The notes: a model not told the origin generated them from the sequence alone. Counted from the first letter of the stretch, positions 48,987-58,189 are shown. The stretch is 64,000 nt of DNA from an uncultured Desulfobacterales bacterium (GCA_964440795.1 CAYTTQ010000004.1:3622-67621), one strand, 5' to 3'. Numbers and translations are program-made.

Positions 48987-49919
48987 ATGAAAACGATTGC
49001 GATTGCAAATCAAAAAGGTGGGTGTGGAAAAACGACGACGGCGATCAATTTGTCATCCTGCTTGGCACAAATGGATCAAACAGTCCTGCTTGTCGATTGT
49101 GATCCCCAGGCCCATGCGACGATGGGGTTGGGGGTGGACCCGGAGCATCGGCGAAGTCTCTATGGCGTCATGACCCCCAGAGAAAGCGAGCAAGTGGGAA
49201 TCGAGGATGTGACGGTTTCCGTTAAGGAGAACTTGGATCTCGTGCCTTCCAACGTGACGTTGAGTGCGGTGGAGCAGGAGTTCACCAGTTTGGAAGGCCG
49301 GGAAACCCGGCTTGCCCAAGTGGTAAACACGCTTGAGGATGCGTATGATTATGTGGTTATCGACTGTCCTCCCAGCATCGGTCATCTCTGTTTTAACGCC
49401 TTGCGTGCCTCCCAAGAGGTGATCATTCCGATTGATATGAGTCTTTTTTCTCTCCGAGGTGTGGCGAGACTGTCTGAGCTGATTTTGCTGCTCAAAGAAC
49501 GCTCGGGACATGTAACCAACCCCCGAGCGCTGGTGACGATGTATGACTACCGGACGCGCTATTCCAGTCATGTGTTGGAAAAAGTAAAGGAGCAGTTTGG
49601 GGAAGGTGTGTTCTCCACGGTGATTCGGTATAACATCCGTCTCCGGGAGACGGTAGACCATGGTCTGCCTGTGGGGGATTACGACAAGCATGCCATCGGG
49701 TACAAAGACTATGTGAATCTGGCCGAAGAGATTGTTGGTTCCCGGTCGGAGGGTTTGGGTGATGCGGCTGATGTACTGAGTACTGCCGATGAGGTGTGGA
49801 GACGACCCGATAACCACTTTGAGGCTATCGTGGATGCATCCATCTTTGAAGACAATGTGCCTGCTGAAAGCGAAGAGGTCCCGGACACCGGCTATCGCAT
49901 GCAAGGGCCTTCCCAATAA
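48987..49919 (+). CDS. ParA/Soj-family deviant Walker A ATPase with ~60-aa acidic C-terminal extension
   Basis: Start at Met13 of the tracked ORF, after GAGGGAGGG. IAIANQKGGCGKTTTAINL, VLLVDCDPQ and VVIDCPP. Confidence 0.9.
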   Translation: MKTIAIANQKGGCGKTTTAINLSSCLAQMDQTVLLVDCDPQAHATMGLGVDPEHRRSLYGVMTPRESEQVGIEDVTVSVKENLDLVPSNVTLSAVEQEFTSLEGRETRLAQVVNTLEDAYDYVVIDCPPSIGHLCFNALRASQEVIIPIDMSLFSLRGVARLSELILLLKERSGHVTNPRALVTMYDYRTRYSSHVLEKVKEQFGEGVFSTVIRYNIRLRETVDHGLPVGDYDKHAIGYKDYVNLAEEIVGSRSEGLGDAADVLSTADEVWRRPDNHFEAIVDASIFEDNVPAESEEVPDTGYRMQGPSQ

Positions 49920-49956
49920 GGCAAGTGGTGGCTTTACAAGCGGTCGGCCGACGATG

Positions 49957-50796
49957 TCAATCGTCCAGGTGCTGCCGTAATTGCATGAATCGACTGTGTT
50001 CTTGCCCTTCCTGAACGCCTTGGTAAGGCGGAGGCCCAGCGCTGTTTTCGGCACTGCTTTCGGAGCTGCTTTCGGAATCGGGACCGGTTCCGGACCCGGA
50101 TGCCGAGCGAGGGGATGCCGCGGCGCTTTTATCCGCCGGTGTCTTGCGTGGGGCAAGAACGGGGTGAAAATGAATCACCGGTTCACCCAGTCCTTCCACC
50201 CGAAAGAGGCGGTATCGAAAGAGGTGCACGGCTATCCCTGTTCGCCGATGGGCGGCAACGGTGTGACAAAGGGCCTTCGAAAAGTGCGGACAAAAGCAAA
50301 AAAGCTCGGTTTGGGGTTCTGCATTCAAAACAGACCGACCGGCCGAAAGGAGGTCTCTCACCCACAAATAATAGGCGACGGACGTGATGACGAAGGTGTC
50401 ACTTTCTTTGCCGGTGTTTAGTCTGGCCAAGATGACGCGGTGTCTCGGTTTACCGGCAAAAGCCAGATCGGCAGTGCCGAAATCGGGCGAGGCAATGCCC
50501 CGTATGGATTCAACTTCGGGAGTGCCCAGGTAATGAAGCAGGAAGTCTCCGGCGGCATCCACCAGGGCCTTGCGTTGAACGCCGGCTTGATCGACTTGAC
50601 AGGCGATTCTTAACATGTCCGTTGTCTCTTGGCACTGGGGCGATTCAGTTTCCTCACACTGAGATGGGGGTATCCGGGCCTGAATATGTCCGTCCGCCTT
50701 CTGGTTTGGATTGGACTGATTCGTATCGGATTGGTTCGTATCGGACAGGAAATAATGGGCGACCTGATCCAGACCATATCCGTTCTTTTTCTTCAT
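49957..50796 (-). CDS. hypothetical protein (279 aa) with tandem pentapeptide repeat and Ser/Gly-rich acidic tail
   Basis: It is the only protein-like frame in this interval and is convergent with the ParA-like gene. I recognise no family. Confidence 0.45.
   Translation of the reverse strand: MKKKNGYGLDQVAHYFLSDTNQSDTNQSNPNQKADGHIQARIPPSQCEETESPQCQETTDMLRIACQVDQAGVQRKALVDAAGDFLLHYLGTPEVESIRGIASPDFGTADLAFAGKPRHRVILARLNTGKESDTFVITSVAYYLWVRDLLSAGRSVLNAEPQTELFCFCPHFSKALCHTVAAHRRTGIAVHLFRYRLFRVEGLGEPVIHFHPVLAPRKTPADKSAAASPRSASGSGTGPDSESSSESSAENSAGPPPYQGVQEGQEHSRFMQLRQHLDD
50701..50745 (-). repeat. three in-frame 15-bp tandem units encoding SDTNQ-SDTNQ-SNPNQ
   Basis: 50716-30 CTGATTCGTATCGGA and 50731-45 TTGGTTCGTATCGGA match at 12/15. 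50701-15 is a degenerate third unit. Confidence 0.65.
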
Positions 50797-50810
50797 TGAT
50801 GCCCCCCCTG

Positions 50811-50856
50811 TTACTATTACTATATGGTTACTATATGGTGGTTACTATACTATATG
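50811..50856. repeat. AT-rich cluster of TTACTAT(A) direct repeats
   Basis: TTACTAT occurs at 50811, 50817, 50828 and 50842, and ACTATAT at 50819, 50830 and 50849. The cluster lies 15-60 nt upstream of the 279-aa ORF start. Confidence 0.65.
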
Positions 50857-50939
50857 TAGTTTTCTTGATGCCATTGTGCACAACATATCGTGGCTGTCAA
50901 GAAAAAAAGCTGGCGGTATGGTTGTCTTCCATGAGGTGA

Positions 50940-51659
50940 TTACGGCTCGATCAGCGGCAAAAGATCCGACGGTCGGTTGAGGAGGCTTCTTGCCCCGGCG
51001 TCCACCAGCTCGTCGGCTGAACGAAACCCCCACAGGGCGCCCACGGGGTACATGCCGGCATTTACGGCTGTTTTCATGTCGATGCCACTGTCTCCGACGT
51101 ACAGGATACGTCCGGGATCCGTTCCGAAACGATCGATAATCTGTTGAGCAAGTACCGGGCTCGGCTTTTTGGGGGTGCCCCCTCTTTGGCCCAAGATCGG
51201 ATCAAAATGCCACTGGTTCAGAAAGGTCTGAACGCATAGTCTCGTAAAGCGGTGGGGTTTGTTTGACAAAACGGCCAAAGACATATCCATATCGGCCAAC
51301 CGGTTCAATACGGTTTCGATTCCCGCATATCGGCAGGTATGGGCGGCCCAATTTCGGCTATAATAATCGAGATACGTGTGGACACATGCGGAAACCGTCT
51401 CCTCACTTCTTGTTCCAACGGGAAGCGCCCGTTCGATGAGGGTCCGCGTCCCATCGCCTACCAACCACCGATAGGTTTCCAAACTGTGCCCCGAAAAACC
51501 GTGTGCCGCCAGGGCGTGGTTGGCAGAATACGCGATGTCCTTCAGGGTGTATAAGAGCGTGCCGTCGAGGTCGAACGTCACCCCGAGAAAGGGTCTTTGA
51601 CAGGTCCTTCGGCTCATCATCGATTGGTCTGTTGACCTCCCTCGTTGGAAGCTCGTCAC
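50940..51659 (-). CDS. HAD-superfamily phosphatase (phosphoglycolate phosphatase-like)
   Basis: VTFDLDGTLLYT (motif I), VLSNK (motif II) and YVGDSGIDMKTA (motif IV). Confidence 0.8.
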   Translation of the reverse strand: MTSFQRGRSTDQSMMSRRTCQRPFLGVTFDLDGTLLYTLKDIAYSANHALAAHGFSGHSLETYRWLVGDGTRTLIERALPVGTRSEETVSACVHTYLDYYSRNWAAHTCRYAGIETVLNRLADMDMSLAVLSNKPHRFTRLCVQTFLNQWHFDPILGQRGGTPKKPSPVLAQQIIDRFGTDPGRILYVGDSGIDMKTAVNAGMYPVGALWGFRSADELVDAGARSLLNRPSDLLPLIEP

Positions 51660-53530
51660 GATCCGTCGATCTCCAAAGCCCGGAGCCGTTGTTCAAAACG
51701 GGCTTCGGCGCCATCCAATTCCGTCGTCAAGTTTTCCAGTTCCTCGAAGAGTTCATCGACAACGGGTCTTCCGGTATGTATGGCATAAGAGAGTTTTTCA
51801 ATCCGCGCGGCGTCCTGTGTCTGGGAGGCCTCGACCATCTCTTCACTAAGTTCGGCAAGCCGCTTTTCTTGAGCTTCAATCTCATCTTCCACTTTGGAAA
51901 TGCGTTTTTGCAGAGGACCCAAGACGGAACCCCGCTCGGAAATAATTTCAGAGCGTTTTTGTCGACGTGCTTTCTTGGTAAGCCTTGTTGCCGGCTCTGA
52001 CGGCTCGGATAACCGTTTTTCTTCACTCGGGGAATAGACTATTTCATCCTCTTCCCACCCGCCGCATTCGACAAACCGTTGATAACCGCCCTCGAATATA
52101 CGAATGGCTCCGTGTTGAAACACGATGAGTCTTTCTGCGAGTGCGTGGAGAAACATCTCGTTGTGGGTCACCATGACGACGGTTCCGTCAAAGCTGTCCA
52201 AGGCCTCCAGCAGGGCGTCACAGGTGTACATGTCCAGGTGATTGGTCGGTTCGTCTAGTAAAAGCAGGTTCACCGGTGTCGCCAGGAGTTTGCCCAGCAT
52301 CACCCGGCTCTTCTCTCCCCCGGAGAGAACGGCGATCTTTTTGAGGGCGTCATCGCCTTCAAACATCATGTTTCCGCAAATATTACGGGCTGCTTGCCTG
52401 TCCAGATCCGGATGGCTGTACAAGATCTCTTCTTCCACCGTTCGGTCGTTGTTTAGGGTGGAAAGATTCGTTTGTTCAAATACCCCACCCCTTATGCCGG
52501 GAGAGAAAACGACTTCGCCGGATTGGGGCTGAAGAATTCCCGCCATGAGTTTTAACAGTGTCGTCTTGCCTCTTCCATTGCTGCCGATCACGCAGAGGCG
52601 GTCCCCGGCGGTGATGGAAATATTCAGGTTTCGGATCAGGGGCGGATGACCGTTGTATGAAAAAGAAATATCTCTGACTCCGAGACACTGTTTGCCCCGG
52701 GTCGGTTGGCTTCGAAAGGAGAAATCAAGGTTTTTTATTTGCTCCAGTTTCTCGGGCTTATGTGTCTTTTCCAAGGTCTTGATCCTGGATTGAACCAGGT
52801 TCGCCAAGCGGGCTTTGGCCCTGAAGCGACTGATAAAGATTTCCAGTTTCTTACGCCGCCGCTCGTCATTTGCCCGGGTCTTTTCGTGGATTTCTTCTTC
52901 CTGGGCGATTTGCGTGTAAAGCTTTTCCGTATCCCCGGCGATCTTTCGTATCACTTTACGATGAATACCCATCGTGTGAGTGACGATCTTGTCCATAAAG
53001 GTTCTGTCATGGGTGATGAGCATGACTTCATGCGGCCACCCAATGAGGAAGTTTTCTATCCAGCGAATGGATGTAATGTCCAGGTAATTGGTGGGTTCAT
53101 CGAGTAACAACAGATCCGGTTCAGAGACCAAAACCTTGGCCAGATTTAACCTTACCTGATAGCCGCCCGAGAACCGGCCGGGCGGCAACGCCATGTCGGC
53201 TTCCGTGAAACCGAGGCCGAAAAGAATTTTTTCCACCTTCCAATGATCGGTTTCCTGTCCTTCCGGAAGACCCTTCGCCCCTTCCTCCAGGAGAGTCGAT
53301 TCGGAAAAGGCAAGCTGTTGTCGGACATAGCCGATTCTATATCCTTTGGGCCGGTTGATCCTGCCGCCATCGGGCAGTTCGTCGCCGATAATAAGGCGAA
53401 ACAGCGTCGTCTTCCCGTGGCCGTTCCTCCCCACCAGCCCGACCCGTTCCCGGGGGCCCACCGTAAAGTTTGCCTCCCGGAAAAGGAGCTGGTCCCCAAA
53501 CCCTTTTGTCAAATTGACGGCACTTATCAT
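51656..53530 (-). CDS. ABC-F family ATPase (two ABC domains, C-terminal coiled coil)
   Basis: Start chosen at Met22 (MISAVNLTKGF). Two Walker A sites (GRNGHGKTT, GSNGRGKTT) and two signature motifs (FSGGYQVR, LSGGEKSR). No TM domain. Confidence 0.92.
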   Translation of the reverse strand: MISAVNLTKGFGDQLLFREANFTVGPRERVGLVGRNGHGKTTLFRLIIGDELPDGGRINRPKGYRIGYVRQQLAFSESTLLEEGAKGLPEGQETDHWKVEKILFGLGFTEADMALPPGRFSGGYQVRLNLAKVLVSEPDLLLLDEPTNYLDITSIRWIENFLIGWPHEVMLITHDRTFMDKIVTHTMGIHRKVIRKIAGDTEKLYTQIAQEEEIHEKTRANDERRRKKLEIFISRFRAKARLANLVQSRIKTLEKTHKPEKLEQIKNLDFSFRSQPTRGKQCLGVRDISFSYNGHPPLIRNLNISITAGDRLCVIGSNGRGKTTLLKLMAGILQPQSGEVVFSPGIRGGVFEQTNLSTLNNDRTVEEEILYSHPDLDRQAARNICGNMMFEGDDALKKIAVLSGGEKSRVMLGKLLATPVNLLLLDEPTNHLDMYTCDALLEALDSFDGTVVMVTHNEMFLHALAERLIVFQHGAIRIFEGGYQRFVECGGWEEDEIVYSPSEEKRLSEPSEPATRLTKKARRQKRSEIISERGSVLGPLQKRISKVEDEIEAQEKRLAELSEEMVEASQTQDAARIEKLSYAIHTGRPVVDELFEELENLTTELDGAEARFEQRLRALEIDGS

Positions 53531-53740
53531 GGATTGCACGCTGTTTGTGTTGGTAGCCCTATCATAACAAGGGCAGGCGTCACAGGTCAACATGGCGATC
53601 CCCCCATCATTGGATTCTTGTTGCGAAAAGGCTTTTCTTGCGATTACTATGACATAGGGTGACTCCGGCCTTTACCATCACGGTGCGGCTACGGGGTTAC
53701 CCATTAAAGGGTACACCGTGCGCACAGGGGGCGTGTTTAT

Positions 53741-55579
53741 ATGTATGGGCATTTGATTTATTTTATTTTGATACTGCTCATTTATTCCACCTACTACCCG
53801 CCGGAAGCACCTTATTTTGAGGCGGCCGAGGCGGGTGTCCTTTTTTTTCTTTTGCTCTTCATATTCATTGTCGTTACGCGACGGGCCTTTAATCGCCTTT
53901 TGATCAAGGTTAAGCAAAGAGGGCCCGAAGGGTTGCATGGGCAATTTGATCGCCTGTTCGCCCGGCAGGCGATCATGGCCATCGGGCTCTTTGCTGTCGA
54001 TCTCTATTTGTTGAATCTCAAGGGCCGGGTGAGTGACTTGCCGCTTTTTTCCCATTCCCCCACCTTGACCGCCGCTTTCTTCATTGGCCTCTATGCCGGC
54101 TATCTGGCCATCATTTGGGCCTGCGCCCATGCGGCTTACGTCTATCTTTTCAACAGCCCGATTTCCAAGCGGGCCTATCTGTTATCCAACCTCCGGTTTC
54201 ACCTTCCCGTCGTTCTGCCGTGGCTCGTCATTTCCTTGGGAATAGACCTCATTGATGTTTTGCCGTTCCAGGCGCCCAAGCGCTTTCTGGCACGGCCGGA
54301 AGGACAGTTGCTCTTTTTTGCGGGGTTCTTTGTGGCCCTTGCAGTGGTGGCCCCCGCCATGATTAAGTTCTTTTGGCAATGTCGGTCGTTGTCTCCCGGT
54401 CACAAACGCCATCAGATAGAGGCCTTATGTAGACGCGCACGCCTGGGTTATCGGGATATTTTAGATTGGCCGATTTTTGAGGGCAGGCTTCTTACGGCCG
54501 GGGTAATGGGGCTGGTCAGAAAATTTCGATATATCCTGGTTACGGATGGTCTGTTGAAGATTCTTGACGACGACGAGCTGAAGGCCGTCATGGCCCATGA
54601 GATCGGACATATCAAAAGGCGGCACCTGTCCTTTTATCTCCTTTTCATTTTTGGGTTCATGGTGTTGTCCTATACCCTGTTCGATCTGATTGCCTACGCG
54701 GTGTTGTACGCCAGTGTGGAATTGCCGATCAGTGGGCTTTTGTCAACGAGACTGCCCGTTATCACGTCTGTCTTCTTTACGGTTCTAATGGCCGTTTTCA
54801 TGTTCGTCTACTTCCGATATATTTTTGGGTATTTTATGCGAAACTGTGAACGGCAGGCCGACCTCTATGCGTTTTCCCTACTGGGCGACAGTCGGTCTCT
54901 GGTTTCCGCCTTGGAAAAAGTGGCCGCATACAGCGGTCAGGTTCGGAACCGACCCAGTTGGCACCACTTCAGTATCAGTCAGCGGGTGGCATTTTTGGAC
55001 CAATGTGAAAAAGACCGGCGGCGGATCCGACGTCACGATCGCAAATTGTGGGGGAGTATGTCGGCATTTGCGGCGGGATTGCTCTTGATCGGTTATGTCG
55101 GGTATACCACGAATTTCGGTGAGATGGGAAAGACCCTGAACAGCCGTTTCTTCGAAAGGGCCCTGTTGGCCGAAATTGAGAAAGAACCAAAAAATCCCAA
55201 ACTTTACAACGCATTGGCGTCTTTGTATTATCAACGGGGTGCCTATGAACGGGCCATCGCTTTTTATGAGCGGGTCATTCGATTGTCGTCGACGAATGTA
55301 GAGGCGCTCAACAACCTGGCATGGCTTTATGCCACATGTGACGACGAGAGATATCGAAAGGCTGAAAAAGCTCTTCTATATGCCCGAAAGGCGGCTCAAC
55401 TCAGGCCGGAGCCCCATGTCTTGGATACCTTGGCGGAGAGTTATTATGCCAACGGCAAGTACTCAAAAGCCGTGGAGGTCATCGAAGAAGCAGTGGCGAG
55501 AGAACCGGCGGAGAAAGATTACTATCGGCGGCAGATGAGGAGGTTTCGGCGGGCGGCGAGGCAAGAAAGCCAGGGATAG
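53741..55579 (+). CDS. polytopic membrane M48 metalloprotease with C-terminal TPR repeats
   Basis: 612 aa. Several N-terminal hydrophobic segments, HEIGHIKRRH (HExxH), and TPR-like repeats (LASLYYQRGAYERAIAFYERVI...). Confidence 0.85.
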   Translation: MYGHLIYFILILLIYSTYYPPEAPYFEAAEAGVLFFLLLFIFIVVTRRAFNRLLIKVKQRGPEGLHGQFDRLFARQAIMAIGLFAVDLYLLNLKGRVSDLPLFSHSPTLTAAFFIGLYAGYLAIIWACAHAAYVYLFNSPISKRAYLLSNLRFHLPVVLPWLVISLGIDLIDVLPFQAPKRFLARPEGQLLFFAGFFVALAVVAPAMIKFFWQCRSLSPGHKRHQIEALCRRARLGYRDILDWPIFEGRLLTAGVMGLVRKFRYILVTDGLLKILDDDELKAVMAHEIGHIKRRHLSFYLLFIFGFMVLSYTLFDLIAYAVLYASVELPISGLLSTRLPVITSVFFTVLMAVFMFVYFRYIFGYFMRNCERQADLYAFSLLGDSRSLVSALEKVAAYSGQVRNRPSWHHFSISQRVAFLDQCEKDRRRIRRHDRKLWGSMSAFAAGLLLIGYVGYTTNFGEMGKTLNSRFFERALLAEIEKEPKNPKLYNALASLYYQRGAYERAIAFYERVIRLSSTNVEALNNLAWLYATCDDERYRKAEKALLYARKAAQLRPEPHVLDTLAESYYANGKYSKAVEVIEEAVAREPAEKDYYRRQMRRFRRAARQESQG

Positions 55580-55586
55580 GACGTAT

Positions 55587-57902
55587 CTACTTAATGCAGA
55601 CTTTTCTTACTTCCAGAAGGTCGGCGTTTCCCCCGAATATCTTCTCAATTCCGTCTTGTTTAAGCGTCGCCATACCATCCGTGAGGGCTTGTTTCCGAAT
55701 GTCTTGCATCTTGGCCTTTTCCTGAATCAGTTTTTTCATCTCATCGGTTCCCACCAAGAGTTCATGAATTCCCATTCTTCCCCGGTATCCGGTATTGTTA
55801 CATTCGGGACATCCGTTGGCCTTATAAAGCGTTAGGTCTTTGGAATAGGAGATATTGAGTTTTTCGAATTCTTCCGGACCGTATTCGCGAACCAGTTCGT
55901 CATATTCTTCCCGCGAGGGGTTATAAGGCGTTTTACATTTTTTACACAGAGTTCGGAGCAACCGTTGGGCCATGATGCCGAGAATGGCGTCGGCAAAATT
56001 GAACGGATCCATTCCCATGTCCAGAAGTCGGGTGATACTTTCCGGCGCGCTGTTGGTATGGAGTGTGGAAAAGACGAGATGCCCGGTCAGTGACGCCTCG
56101 ATGCCGATGTGGGTCGTTTCCTTGTCCCGCATCTCCCCTACCATGATGACATCGGGGTCCGCCCTCAAAAACGAACGCATGGCCGCGGCAAAATCAAAAC
56201 CGATCTTATGGTGCGTTTGAACCTGGCGTAATCCGACCTGGGTGATTTCCACGGGGTCTTCCGCCGTCCAGATTTTGATGTCCGGCTTGTTGATGTAGGC
56301 CAGTGCGGAATGCAGGGTGGTGGTCTTACCGGACCCGGTAGGCCCGCACACAAAGATGAGGCCATAGGGCTGGGTGACCATCTTGGTAAAGTTTTCGAAA
56401 TTCCGGGTCGAAAACCCGATCTTATCCAAGGGAAGGGGATCTCCGCTGTGCAGAATACGCAGTACCACGTCTTCCAATCCCCCTGCGGTGGGTACCGTCG
56501 CCACACGCAGTTCTATGTTTTTCCCCCCGTACTTCTTGAACTTAATCTTTCCATCCTGGGGTTTACGTCGTTCAGCAATATCGAGATCCGACATGATCTT
56601 GAGCCGGGACACGATGGCGGCACGATAGCTGTACGGAACCGTCTGGTAAAGCTGGCATGTCCCATCGATTCGGAAGCGGATTTCCGTGTTCTTTTTGCCC
56701 GGATAGGGTTCTACGTGAATGTCCGAGGCATCACGGGCATAGGCGTCCAAAACAATCTTATTTACCAACTGAACGATGGCGCTGTCCTCGTCGCTGACGT
56801 TTTTTTCGGCTTCTTCGATTTCCTCGTCTTCAACCGTCAGCTGACCGAGGATTTCGTCGATGTCCTTTTGTTCTTTCTCCTCTTGATAGAACAGTTTGAT
56901 AAAGCTGGCGATATCATCCCTCAAAGCCACGTGAAAAGCCAGTTTCTGGCCGGCGAACAAGGGCTTGATCATGTCTATCTTTTGGAGATGAAATGGGTTG
57001 TCGATGGCGATGACGATGGCGTCGTCTTCTTTTCGAATGGGCACCCAATGGTTGCGCTTCATGAACGGTACTTTGAGTCCGGTAAGGAGTTCCCCCGGGA
57101 TGGGCGTGGTGTCACTATATTCGATGAACGGCGTTCGATAATATTGACTCAAGGCTTTGCCCACATCCGCCTTGGCAACCTTAAAGTTTTGGATCAATAC
57201 CGCTTCGACGTCTTTTTTGGTATTTCGAGCGTCGGAGACGGCCTTATCCAACTCTTTTTGAGTCAAAATGCTGTTTTCTACCAGGTAATCAAACTTCCCC
57301 GGCCGTGCCTTTGCCATCCGTTTCTGATTATAGATGGCAATCCCCAGAATCTTGGCCAATTCCTGAATAGACGCTTCGTCACGTTCTTGAAACGGGGCAT
57401 TGTCTTGACGGTTGATGATCTGGATGGCCCCAAGGAGGTATTTTTGAAAACTGATGGGGGCGGCCAAGACTTGGCGGGTTCGGAAACCGCTCTTTTTATC
57501 CCATTGATCATCGAATGAAAGGGACGGGTCAATCGCCTGAAGTTCCTGGCTGTCGTAGACATCCTTGATGTTGAGCAATAACCCCTTGGTGGCGACATGT
57601 CCCACCAAACTATTGGTAGAGATCGGCACCCGTATCTCGTTAATTTCGTCTCCCGATTTGACCCGAGAGACCAGTTCTTTTTTGATGCCGTCTACCACGT
57701 ACACCGTCAGCCGCTGGGCGTGAAAAAGCTCCACCACATCGTCTTTTAGATCGATGAGTATCTCGTCGATGTCATTGGCGGCATGGACCCGGTTCGTAAT
57801 CTGCAGGAGCTTTTCTCGGTATGCGACTTCTTCCTTAAGCCCCGCAGATTCGTTGCCCTCGCTGGCTGCGGCCTGTTTCTTTTGCATGTCCAAAACGACC
57901 AT
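55587..57902 (-). CDS. GspE/PilB-family secretion ATPase with N-terminal GAF domain
   Basis: 771 aa. GAF-like N-terminus, a T2SSE_N-like middle region, Walker A GPTGSGKTTT, and the tetracysteine CKKC...CPEC. Confidence 0.9.
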   Translation of the reverse strand: MVVLDMQKKQAAASEGNESAGLKEEVAYREKLLQITNRVHAANDIDEILIDLKDDVVELFHAQRLTVYVVDGIKKELVSRVKSGDEINEIRVPISTNSLVGHVATKGLLLNIKDVYDSQELQAIDPSLSFDDQWDKKSGFRTRQVLAAPISFQKYLLGAIQIINRQDNAPFQERDEASIQELAKILGIAIYNQKRMAKARPGKFDYLVENSILTQKELDKAVSDARNTKKDVEAVLIQNFKVAKADVGKALSQYYRTPFIEYSDTTPIPGELLTGLKVPFMKRNHWVPIRKEDDAIVIAIDNPFHLQKIDMIKPLFAGQKLAFHVALRDDIASFIKLFYQEEKEQKDIDEILGQLTVEDEEIEEAEKNVSDEDSAIVQLVNKIVLDAYARDASDIHVEPYPGKKNTEIRFRIDGTCQLYQTVPYSYRAAIVSRLKIMSDLDIAERRKPQDGKIKFKKYGGKNIELRVATVPTAGGLEDVVLRILHSGDPLPLDKIGFSTRNFENFTKMVTQPYGLIFVCGPTGSGKTTTLHSALAYINKPDIKIWTAEDPVEITQVGLRQVQTHHKIGFDFAAAMRSFLRADPDVIMVGEMRDKETTHIGIEASLTGHLVFSTLHTNSAPESITRLLDMGMDPFNFADAILGIMAQRLLRTLCKKCKTPYNPSREEYDELVREYGPEEFEKLNISYSKDLTLYKANGCPECNNTGYRGRMGIHELLVGTDEMKKLIQEKAKMQDIRKQALTDGMATLKQDGIEKIFGGNADLLEVRKVCIK

Positions 57903-57928
57903 GGGGATTCAATTCTCTACGATTTAAG

Positions 57929-58189
57929 TTACGTTTCGTCTTCTTCGTCGTCGGGGGCAGTGGTCTTTTTGCTTGCCATATAAAGGGAAAAGAATTTGCG
58001 TATCCCCCCGACGATCAAGAACGCGCCGATGAAATAACGGGCAAAGTTCAAAAAACCACTGTCGTTTCCCGCACGAATCGCATAGGGGGTCTTGAACAAC
58101 AACAAAATGCCCATTGCCGTCAGTAGAGCGGCCCACACGAGTTGGACCCCATTGTTCCGGTCAAAGCCCATGTAAACTCCTATGTACAC
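57929..58189 (-). CDS. small membrane protein (86 aa, two TM segments, acidic tail)
   Basis: 26 nt upstream of the GAF-GspE gene, with a sigma70-like promoter just upstream. Confidence 0.45.
   Translation of the reverse strand: MYIGVYMGFDRNNGVQLVWAALLTAMGILLLFKTPYAIRAGNDSGFLNFARYFIGAFLIVGGIRKFFSLYMASKKTTAPDDEEDET

Noticed and set aside
49053-50156. 367-aa ORF antisense to the ParA-like gene
   Set aside because: It is fully antisense to a gene with unmistakable ParA motifs. Its translation is Arg/His/Gly/Pro-rich with no motif, which is typical of a shadow ORF.
56310-57518. 402-aa ORF antisense to the GAF-GspE ATPase
   Set aside because: It is a shadow frame of a strongly supported gene, with a low-complexity, motif-free translation. 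I noted its unusual length, but nothing supports that it codes for protein.
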